Shown piece after piece: positions 1 to 5,618 of a stretch of 64,000 nt of DNA. Made by a program: the position numbers and the translations under genes. The notes under the pieces were generated by a model. That model made no database searches, was not told the origin of the DNA, and saw only the letters and a list, made by a program, of their open reading frames with translations. The stretch is from IMG/VR virus record IMGVR_UViG_3300008110_000030, positions 1 through 64,000 of that record; one strand, 5' to 3'. How positions within the stretch are numbered: the first letter of the stretch is position 1; the number at the start of each line of letters is the position of its first letter.

Positions 1-40
1 GTTTAGCAAACTGCTGCCTTAACCACTCGGCCAACCTTCC
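1..40 (-). tRNA. tRNA-Ser(GCT), truncated at window edge
   Basis: Reverse complement GGAAGGTTGGCCGAGTGGTTAAGGCAGCAGT-TTGCTAA-AC: D-arm plus anticodon loop GCT. Confidence 0.85.
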
Positions 41-206
41 ATTAGTTGATAGTACTCACCGTCTATGACAACGTGTCTATTTAGGAGTCCTGCGCTAACA
101 GTTCCAAAGCATCTAACAACAGTTATATCAGACTTCGCGCCATGCCAGCGGATGTCGTGTAGTATATGCGTCCATATACGATACCTGTCAAGTGCTATCA
201 ACTAAT
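41..206 (-). ncRNA. Candidate structured RNA closed by a 16-bp stem, filling the spacer between tRNA-Leu and tRNA-Ser
   Basis: 41-56 attagttgatagtact and 191-206 agtgctatcaactaat are inverted repeats (15/16); internal hairpin GTATATG-GACG-CATATAC. Confidence 0.5.
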
Positions 207-289
207 GGTGCCCCAACCGAGACTTGAACTCGGACGCACTAGGCACTGGCTTCTAAGACCAGCGTGTCTACCAATTCCACCATCGGGGC
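206..289 (-). tRNA. tRNA-Leu(TAG)
   Basis: Cloverleaf, CTGGT-CTTAGAA-GCCAG, long variable arm, encoded CCA. Confidence 0.95.
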
Positions 290-305
290 AAAAATTTATT
301 AACAG

Positions 306-317
306 TTTTAAAGAACA
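306..317 (-). promoter_or_regulatory. boxA-like antitermination site
   Basis: TGTTCTTTAAAA on minus strand, ~25 nt downstream of a sigma70 -10 box; identical copy at 1901-1912. Confidence 0.6.
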
Positions 318-341
318 ATCGTTAATTGCTTAACGTGCTAT

Positions 342-370
342 ATTATAGCAAGAGTATTTAACTGTGTCAA
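342..370 (-). promoter_or_regulatory. sigma70 promoter
   Basis: TTGACA-17 nt-TATAAT on minus strand. Confidence 0.85.
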
Positions 371-389
371 CAAACTTGACACAGTAATT

Positions 390-464
390 TGGTACACCGT
401 AGGAGAATCGAACTCCTCTTACCTGCGTGAAAGGCGGGTGTCCTAACCGATAGACGAACGGTGC
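390..464 (-). tRNA. tRNA-Glu(TTC)
   Basis: Cloverleaf, CCCGC-CTTTCAC-GCAGG, CCA. Confidence 0.95.
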
Positions 465-465
465 A

Positions 466-618
466 TTAACTTGCTACAATCTTTGGAATATATGGAACTG
501 CTCTTGGTCCACCATACAGTGACTCAAAAAGTTTTTTAGCTTCTTGCGGAGTATCCGCATAGACTCTTTTCTTTTCTTCACCTTGTGGTGTACGCACAGT
601 TGTTTCATACATTGGCAT
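466..618 (-). CDS. Hypothetical protein, 50 aa (MPMYETTVRT...)
   Basis: AAGGAG RBS before ATG at 618; the longer ORF-track start overlaps tRNA-Asp. Confidence 0.75.
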   Translation of the reverse strand: MPMYETTVRTPQGEEKKRVYADTPQEAKKLFESLYGGPRAVPYIPKIVAS

Positions 619-629
619 ATTTTTCTCCT

Positions 630-704
630 TGGCGGTCTCAACGAGAATCGAACTCGTCCCTACGGCGTGACAGGCCATTATACTAACCGATATACTATGA
701 GACC
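630..704 (-). tRNA. tRNA-Asp(GTC)
   Basis: Cloverleaf, ATGGC-CTGTCAC-GCCGT, GCCA end. Confidence 0.95.
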
Positions 705-779
705 ATTCTGAAACACACTACGACAAATGCTATGCACCCTAACTCTATTTGTCTAGGCTGTGGCAATGTGTTTTAGAAT
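705..779 (-). repeat. ACAC/GTGT-stem element, copy 1
   Basis: Arms ATTCTAAAACACAT / GTGTGTTTCAGAAT; related arms at 3471, 4836 and 4884. Confidence 0.6.
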
Positions 780-780
780 A

Positions 781-1665
781 GTGCTAACGCTGAGATTACA
801 CGTTAGCCATAAGCACCTCTAGCATTATAGTTCGCCTTGCGAGCAAACCTTCTCTAGACATCCACTAGGGTCCTTGCGGATCTCCTAGTCTGCTTACAGC
901 ATCGCCGTTTTTAAAGCCAGGCAGTAGGCTTGTCGTCATGTGCTATTCTGCGGATTCCATTCCGTTGACCTTGCGAGCCATTCAAGTGCGCTAACACCTT
1001 ACGAACCCCCCTCCACAAATTAGTGTCACCTTGCGAGCTTCACTAAACTCAATTAGCTTTCGCCTTGAGTATTAGATACTTTTCACACATGACCGAGGCA
1101 GTCTTTGCTTTTTAATGATAGTTGGATTTGAACCAACTGCCGTCTGTTTAACATACAGATGCTCTACCAAATGAGCTATATCGAACCTACCGCGATGAGC
1201 TGCCTCTGTTGCTCCGTAAACTTTTGATCTACGGAATACAACTCACCACATACCTTTTGCCTCGCGAGCTACTCAGTGATGTTTTGCGATCAATGTAGCA
1301 ACGTTTCACAACGTGCCCCACCAACCACTTACATTGCATACGAGCTCTTAGGAGCGACCCTTCGAACCAATACACTACCCTTTCTCATACCAGCTGACTG
1401 ATTGGTTTCGCATGGAAGTCAGCACCACCTGTTACTTTTCATTGCCCCGTGTTCCTTGCGGCACGTCGAACAATGTTCTTTCCCATACATCAGCTTTGCT
1501 GTTACAACCACCGGTCTTATCAGTGATCGCTTCCTCACGGAAGTGAGCAGGCTTGTTTACATGAACCATTGCTGGCGCTAGTATGTAGGCATTCTAGCTT
1601 TGGGTGTATCGCTACACTTATTCTTTGTAAACGGCAAGCCGCCTACAGGACAATAAACTGCCCTT
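781..1665 (-). ncRNA. Giant structured ncRNA (~885 nt), GOLLD-like
   Basis: No ORF >=60 aa on either strand; many GCAA/GAAA tetraloop hairpins (CTCGCAAGG, CCGCAAGG, GGCGAAAGC); embedded tRNA-like domain; 3' hairpin GCTAACG...CGTTAGC; located in a phage tRNA array. Family name is an inference. Confidence 0.7.
1117..1183 (-). tRNA. tRNA-Asn(GTT)-like domain embedded in the giant ncRNA
   Basis: D-arm GCTC-ATTTGGTA-GAGC, anticodon arm TCTGT-ATGTTAA-ACAGA, T-arm GTTGG-TTCAAAT-CCAAC; no CCA. Confidence 0.7.
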
Positions 1666-1886
1666 AATTTATCATATAAAAGTACAACTGGGTATCAGCT
1701 TATGTTGCAAGACCGTCTCTTGCTATTTCCGCTTCTACATTACAGTCCAGTAAACTCCACCGTGCCATACTTGGGTCCCCCCTCAGCTTTCGTGTACGTT
1801 AACCCGAGCTAGTCCGTCGACTAGTTGTACTCTGTTAACGCTACCTAGTGGTACTGGTAACCTTTTGTACTTTTATATGACAAATT
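1666..1886 (-). ncRNA. Candidate ~180 nt RNA enclosed by a 22-bp stalk
   Basis: 1865-1886 pairs with 1666-1687 over 22 bp (one G-U on the minus strand); internal hairpins CTAGTC-GACG-GACTAG and GCAAGA-GACGG-TCTTGC. Confidence 0.6.
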
Positions 1887-1900
1887 GTCATATACCAACT

Positions 1901-1912
1901 TTTTAAAGAACA
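1901..1912 (-). promoter_or_regulatory. boxA-like antitermination site
   Basis: TGTTCTTTAAAA just downstream of the 1938-1966 promoter. Confidence 0.6.
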
Positions 1913-1937
1913 TTTACTATTTGCTTAGTAAGTATCT

Positions 1938-1966
1938 ATTGTAGCAACAATTTGCGACGTTGTCAA
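1938..1966 (-). promoter_or_regulatory. sigma70 promoter for the ncRNA block
   Basis: TTGACA-17 nt-TACAAT. Confidence 0.8.
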
Positions 1967-2049
1967 CAATAATTTTAAATTAATTCGTTGTATTTTTACA
2001 ACAATTATGAATTACTATCATTTTAACATGCCTGTATACTAGTGAAAAT

Positions 2050-2055
2050 TAAATA
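2050..2055 (+). promoter_or_regulatory. T4-like late promoter box
   Basis: TAAATA 10 nt before the ATG at 2065. Confidence 0.5.
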
Positions 2056-2064
2056 AGTTTTACA

Positions 2065-2658
2065 ATGATAACATCAATTTTCCCAATTAACATTTTGGTC
2101 AAAGACTTTGATATGCAAGACTCTTGGACACAAGATATTATTGGTATAGCTAAAGCAGTTTTCGCTAACGATCAAGCAGAAAAAGGATCAGAATCTGCTA
2201 CTGGCAATAACAGAGTCATTTTCTTTACTGAAGAGAATTTATCAACATTCTCAGCAATAGCAGAACTTAGACAAATGTTTGCAGACTCTTTTTATGAACT
2301 TGCATCATCATATCCTAACAATAAATTAACTAAAGATATACTTGAAGAACGCATTAAAAATAATTCAGGTTATCTAAATTTTATGAAAAAAGGTGAACAT
2401 CAATCAGTGCATACACACGATCCTGAAGTGTTTGCTTTTGGTATATTTTACCTAACTGACATTGACAATCACCAATTTGGTGGCGAACTTGTTTTACATA
2501 ATCCTAGCTTTTCAGGAGCTTGGCATTTCAATCATGGACATACGTATAGTGTTCCTACTAAAAAGAACCGTATGGTAATATGTCCCAACACCATATGGCA
2601 TGAAGTCACTCCGTATTCAGGAGAATCAGACCGTATGGCAATTGTAGTAAATCTTTAA
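2065..2658 (+). CDS. 2OG-Fe(II) oxygenase (phage/TIGR02466-like type)
   Basis: HTHD...FYL...WHEVTPY...R facial-triad pattern; paralogous to 5675, 10995 and 15946. Confidence 0.8.
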   Translation: MITSIFPINILVKDFDMQDSWTQDIIGIAKAVFANDQAEKGSESATGNNRVIFFTEENLSTFSAIAELRQMFADSFYELASSYPNNKLTKDILEERIKNNSGYLNFMKKGEHQSVHTHDPEVFAFGIFYLTDIDNHQFGGELVLHNPSFSGAWHFNHGHTYSVPTKKNRMVICPNTIWHEVTPYSGESDRMAIVVNL

Positions 2659-2659
2659 G

Positions 2660-2736
2660 TGGCGCGGCTGGAGAGATTCGAACTCCCGACCCACGAGGTA
2701 GAAGCTCGTTGCTCTAATCCACTGAGCTACAGCCGC
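2660..2736 (-). tRNA. tRNA-Arg(TCT)
   Basis: Cloverleaf, ACGAG-CTTCTAC-CTCGT, CCA. Confidence 0.95.
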
Positions 2737-2739
2737 ATT

Positions 2740-2824
2740 TGGTACCCCTCCTCGGATTCGAACCGAGAAACCTACGGCACTCCTTTTGAGAGAGCTGACT
2801 TTACCAAAATTTGTCTAGAGGGGC
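2740..2824 (-). tRNA. tRNA-Leu(CAA)
   Basis: GCTCT-CTCAAAA-GGAGT, long variable arm, CCA. Confidence 0.92.
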
Positions 2825-2832
2825 AAATTGAA

Positions 2833-3043
2833 TTTGTAAGTAGTTGCCCCATCGTTATAGCAACCATTCACCCGTGTAACAAGCTCGAGCGGGACTCGGT
2901 ACGTCACTTGGGATTCATCCAGTCTGCCTCCTTTACAGGCCTCCGCCGTTCCCGGCAGGTGGGAGTTGAACCCAAAACCTTCTACTGTACAGTACCTTCG
3001 AAGAATACTGAACAGCGTGACTTCACTTGCTGACACTTACAAA
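2833..3043 (-). ncRNA. Candidate ~210 nt structured RNA with a tRNA-type T-loop
   Basis: 9-bp closing stem TTTGTAAGT/ACTTACAAA; GGG-TTCAACT-CCC T-arm; CAGTA...TACTG hairpin; fills the Thr-Leu spacer. Confidence 0.6.
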
Positions 3044-3046
3044 ACT

Positions 3047-3121
3047 TGGTGCCCCAGGATGGAATCGAACCACCACACCCTGCTTACAAAACAGGACCTC
3101 TACCACTAAGGATACAAGGGC
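3047..3121 (-). tRNA. tRNA-Thr(TGT)
   Basis: CCTGT-TTTGTAA-GCAGG, CCA. Confidence 0.93.
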
Positions 3122-3129
3122 AATAACAT

Positions 3130-3224
3130 TGGCGGAAAGCAGAGGAGTCGAACCCCACCCGGCTCGTCACCAGGACCCAGTTTTCAAGGCTGGTCGGGGA
3201 ACCAACTCCCCTGCATTACTTTCC
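3130..3224 (-). tRNA. tRNA-Ser(TGA), atypical 8/4-type fold
   Basis: CCAGC-CTTGAAA-ACTGG; acceptor GGAAAGTA/TGCTTTCC; 4-bp T-stem; extended D-stem; long variable arm. Confidence 0.85.
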
Positions 3225-3230
3225 ATTATT

Positions 3231-3304
3231 TGGCGTACCTCCAGGGACTCGAACCCCGACGAACAGTTTTGGAGACTGTCATGCTGCCATTACATTAGAG
3301 ATAC
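3231..3304 (-). tRNA. tRNA-Trp(CCA)
   Basis: ACAGT-CTCCAAA-ACTGT, GCCA end. Confidence 0.93.
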
Positions 3305-3309
3305 ATATT

Positions 3310-3387
3310 TGGAGTAGCGGGTGAGATTTGAACTCACGGTTTTTCGGATTTGCAATCCGATGCAATGGGCCGCTCTGCCACCGCTAC
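3310..3387 (-). tRNA. tRNA-Cys(GCA)
   Basis: TCGGA-TTGCAAA-TCCGA, TCCA end. Confidence 0.93.
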
Positions 3388-3394
3388 ATTAATT

Positions 3395-3469
3395 TGGTGG
3401 TAATGAGTGGACTTGAACCACTAACAGTCTCCGTATGAAGGAGGTGGACTACCATTGTCCTACATTACC
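3395..3469 (-). tRNA. tRNA with CAT anticodon (elongator Met or Ile2)
   Basis: CTCC-TTCATAC-GGAG; lacks the initiator GGG/CCC pairs; ACCA end. Confidence 0.85.
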
Positions 3470-3470
3470 A

Positions 3471-3555
3471 TATGGAAGCACACTCATCACTTTTCGCAAC
3501 GGTGGTGTGAAGTCCTTACAACCTAAACTATGTTTAGGCAAAGTGTGCTTTCATA
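3471..3555 (-). repeat. ACAC/GTGT-stem element, copy 2
   Basis: Arms TATGAAAGCACACT / AGTGTGCTTCCATA; fills the Lys-Met spacer. Confidence 0.6.
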
Positions 3556-3630
3556 TGGTAGGGGCACAGAGAATCGAACTCTGATTAATAGGTTAAAAGC
3601 CTACTACTTTAGCCGTTAAGTTATACCCCC
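3556..3630 (-). tRNA. tRNA-Lys(TTT)
   Basis: GTAGG-CTTTTAA-CCTAT, CCA. Confidence 0.93.
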
Positions 3631-3680
3631 GACATCTTATCACTCTTGTCACTTGTCATGACAGATCTCCTTTTTAAAAA

Positions 3681-3758
3681 TGGTCTGTGTGGTAGGATTT
3701 GAACCTACGGCCTCCTCGTTCCAAACAAGGCCGTCTACCGGGCTGACATTACACACAG
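3681..3758 (-). tRNA. tRNA-Pro(TGG)
   Basis: CCTTG-TTTGGAA-CGAGG, C1 start, CCA. Confidence 0.93.
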
Positions 3759-3783
3759 ATAAACTTTATTTCATAAATACAAG

Positions 3784-4026
3784 ATGACACGCTTATATGC
3801 ATATTACTGTATAAAGAAATTTATAATCTTCTTCCCTACACCAGTATTTTTAATACTGTCTTTGTGTAGTATTTTTTACTTTAAGTCGCCAATGTGCGGC
3901 GGCTTTTCATATGAAATGTCACTAATGTGGTTTCTTATGGCACTGGCACATTCAAAGCCTTGGATTGAATATATTGAAATCAAACGCTGTCCTAATGGAT
4001 GCGGTTGTGATTGCAATACTAACTAA
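3784..4026 (+). CDS. Small membrane protein with Cys-rich C-terminus
   Basis: Two hydrophobic segments, tail CPNGCGCDC; TAAATA at 3774-3779. Confidence 0.65.
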   Translation: MTRLYAYYCIKKFIIFFPTPVFLILSLCSIFYFKSPMCGGFSYEMSLMWFLMALAHSKPWIEYIEIKRCPNGCGCDCNTN

Positions 4027-4028
4027 CT

Positions 4029-4102
4029 TGGCAGAGGGTACTGGGATCGAACCAGTGATGACAGAGTCAAAGTCTGTAGTGTTACCGCTACACTAACCCC
4101 CA
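4029..4102 (-). tRNA. tRNA-Gln(TTG)
   Basis: ACAGA-CTTTGAC-TCTGT, GCCA end. Confidence 0.93.
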
Positions 4103-4111
4103 ACAAAAACT

Positions 4112-4187
4112 TGGTGCTACCTAGAGGAATCGAACCTCTTTCAACGGTGCTTCAAACCGCCGCTATGACCACATCAGCTAAAGTAGC
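4112..4187 (-). tRNA. tRNA-Phe(GAA)
   Basis: GCGGT-TTGAAGC-ACCGT, CCA. Confidence 0.9.
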
Positions 4188-4189
4188 AT

Positions 4190-4263
4190 TGGGGTGAAGT
4201 GGGGAATCGAACCCTCTCTTACTGTTTCACAGACAGCAGTGCAACCACTACACTAACAACACC
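4190..4263 (-). tRNA. tRNA-His(GTG)
   Basis: GCTGT-CTGTGAA-ACAGT; G-1:C73; two T-T mismatches in acceptor stem. Confidence 0.88.
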
Positions 4264-4269
4264 ATTGTT

Positions 4270-4346
4270 TGGCCGGCCCGGAGAGACTCGAACTCCCAAC
4301 CTCTAGTTTCGAAGACTAGCACTCTAATCCATTGAGTTACGGACCG
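4270..4346 (-). tRNA. tRNA-Arg(TCG)
   Basis: CTAGT-CTTCGAA-ACTAG, GCCA end. Confidence 0.92.
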
Positions 4347-4353
4347 ATAAATT

Positions 4354-4427
4354 TGGTACCTCCACCGGGTAACGATCCCAGGACTGCCGGTTATCAGCCG
4401 ACTGTTATTCCATTTAACTACAGAGGT
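4354..4427 (-). tRNA. tRNA-Ile(GAT) with atypical T-loop
   Basis: GTCGG-CTGATAA-CCGGC; T-loop ATCGTTA; CCA. Confidence 0.85.
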
Positions 4428-4503
4428 AAATTGCTAAGGGACACATTCTAATGTTGTTTGAGACTGAGCTGGGGGTCTGTGTTCAGCAAGTCTCCCATTT
4501 AAT

Positions 4504-4581
4504 TGGCTGTCCGACTAGGGATCGAACCTAGCTCATTCTTCGTTAACAGCGAAGCGCCTACACCATGCTTGCTCTCGGACA
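4504..4581 (-). tRNA. tRNA-Asn(GTT)
   Basis: CTTCG-CTGTTAA-CGAAG, GCCA end. Confidence 0.92.
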
Positions 4582-4588
4582 ATAAAAC

Positions 4589-4663
4589 TGGCGCCGTGGA
4601 CGGGGATCGAACCCGCCTTAATTGGATAGACAATCCAGTGCCCTCCCAGAGGACTACCACGGC
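4589..4663 (-). tRNA. tRNA-Asp(GTC)-like, atypical second copy
   Basis: TGGA-TTGTCTA-TCCA with T37; unusual D-loop; GCCA end. Confidence 0.75.
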
Positions 4664-4667
4664 ATAT

Positions 4668-4743
4668 TGGTATCGCGGACGGGAATCGAACCCGCCTAGT
4701 CACCTTGAAAGGGTGATGACCTAACCCAGAAGTCCACCGCGAT
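4668..4743 (-). tRNA. tRNA-Glu(TTC), second divergent copy
   Basis: TCACC-CTTTCAA-GGTGA, CCA. Confidence 0.9.
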
Positions 4744-4749
4744 GTAATT

Positions 4750-4834
4750 TGGTGGAGTATCCTGGGATCGAACCAGGCGTACCCGAAGGTGGCGGATTTA
4801 CAGTCCACTGCATCACCATTGATGCTTCTACTCC
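4750..4834 (-). tRNA. tRNA-Tyr(GTA)
   Basis: GTGGA-CTGTAAA-TCCGC, long variable arm, ACCA end. Confidence 0.93.
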
Positions 4835-4835
4835 A

Positions 4836-4889
4836 TTAAACACACTGTCTGCGACATTTCAGTCCATACCAGCTCAATGTGTGTATTAA
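4836..4889 (-). repeat. ACAC/GTGT-stem element, copy 3
   Basis: Arms TTAATACACAC / GTGTGTTTAA. Confidence 0.5.
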
Positions 4890-4947
4890 AACATACTAAT
4901 TTACTCTGCACGGCAAATGACTGGCGTTCAAAAAGTATGCTTTAATA
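4884..4947 (-). repeat. ACAC/GTGT-stem element, copy 4 (variant)
   Basis: Arms TATTAAAGCATACT / AGTATGTTTTAATA, 14 bp with one G-U on the minus strand. Confidence 0.55.
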
Positions 4948-4956
4948 CGAACTAAT

Positions 4957-5055
4957 TTTTCCTCCCACACAAGGGATTCCATCCTAGCCGCCGCCCGTTT
5001 GCCCCATGTTTTAAGTGCGGAGCCAGGACCTCGTTTCCTGTATATTCACACTTTG
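4957..5055 (-). ncRNA. Candidate pseudoknotted RNA
   Basis: AAGTGTG/CGCACTT stem, nested CAGG/CCTG, possible GCTCC/GGGGC pairing, TCCC/GGGA hairpin; GC-rich island. Confidence 0.45.
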
Positions 5056-5060
5056 TACTA

Positions 5061-5234
5061 TTAGTCTACACTAAACGTTGGTGCTTTCGCTAACGCTTCG
5101 TGATACTTTCTAGCACGATCGAACTTATCTTGAATAAGTTTTTGAAGTTGTTCTTTAGACATTTCTCCAAGAACAGCTTCATAAGCCTGTTCAACAACAC
5201 GTTCATTTAATTTTGCGTAATCTATCTTTTCCAT
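5061..5234 (-). CDS. Hypothetical helical protein, 57 aa (MEKIDYAKLN...)
   Basis: Translated by hand; AAAGGA RBS; below the ORF-track size cutoff. Confidence 0.7.
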   Translation of the reverse strand: MEKIDYAKLNERVVEQAYEAVLGEMSKEQLQKLIQDKFDRARKYHEALAKAPTFSVD

Positions 5235-5250
5235 TTTTCCTTTCCAAAAA

Positions 5251-5283
5251 CAAAAAACCCTAGGGTTTTTAATCCTAGGGTCC
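5251..5283 (-). terminator. Intrinsic terminator, probable attenuator
   Basis: ACCCTAGG-loop-CCTAGGGT followed by TTTTT. Confidence 0.75.
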
Positions 5284-5314
5284 TTGAAGTTTTGAAATGT
5301 TTCTAAGTTGTTAC

Positions 5315-5461
5315 TTAGTCATCCCAGCCCTCCTGGACCCTGGTAATCTCTGATGTGCGATCATATCCTAGACTCATATTAATCGCAGACCAATAGGCTG
5401 GCAGAAAGCCGCCTACCTGGGGTTTGCAATTATGTTGTCTAAAATTCGATTGCGTTTGCAT
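5315..5461 (-). CDS. Candidate leader peptide (MQTQSNF...QEGWDD)
   Basis: Stop codon lies 32 nt before the terminator; could also start at GTG 5503. Confidence 0.45.
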   Translation of the reverse strand: MQTQSNFRQHNCKPQVGGFLPAYWSAINMSLGYDRTSEITRVQEGWDD

Positions 5462-5521
5462 TTTGATTACCGTCTTAACCTTTTGTTTAAAATTTACACA
5501 CACTTTTAAGTGTATGTTCTA

Positions 5522-5550
5522 ATTGTACATTTTATTTAGTCTTTTGTCAA
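5522..5550 (-). promoter_or_regulatory. sigma70 promoter with an embedded TAAATA late box
   Basis: TTGACA-17 nt-TACAAT; TAAATA at 5533-5538. Confidence 0.75.
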
Positions 5551-5618
5551 CCACTCATTTGTCTTTTGACAAAAACATTTATGACAATTAACAATGATTA
5601 CTTCTACAACTTGTCTCT

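Noticed and set aside
19-201. 60 aa ORF on the minus strand
   Set aside because: Runs into tRNA-Ser, has no RBS, and the region is better explained by the 16-bp closed RNA element
781-1886. Possible rRNA, group I intron or tmRNA
   Set aside because: GNRA-rich, but I found no rRNA signature sequences, no intron core or host exon, and no tmRNA ends or tag frame
3130-3224. Selenocysteine tRNA
   Set aside because: Sec-like shape, but the anticodon is TGA (Ser), not TCA
2659-3317. ORFs 2659-3033, 2815-3036 and 3027-3317
   Set aside because: They overlap tRNA genes or the structured RNA; shadow frames
4430-4500. GAGACT/AGTCTC hairpin between tRNA-Asn and tRNA-Ile
   Set aside because: Plausible structure but single, short and without the shared stem motif; too weak to call
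4503-4808. ORFs 4503-4724 and 4533-4808
   Set aside because: Lie entirely over tRNA genes
4957-5055. Theta/HDV-like, twister, hammerhead or c-di-GMP-II identity
   Set aside because: Required conserved cores could not be placed; kept only as an unnamed candidate
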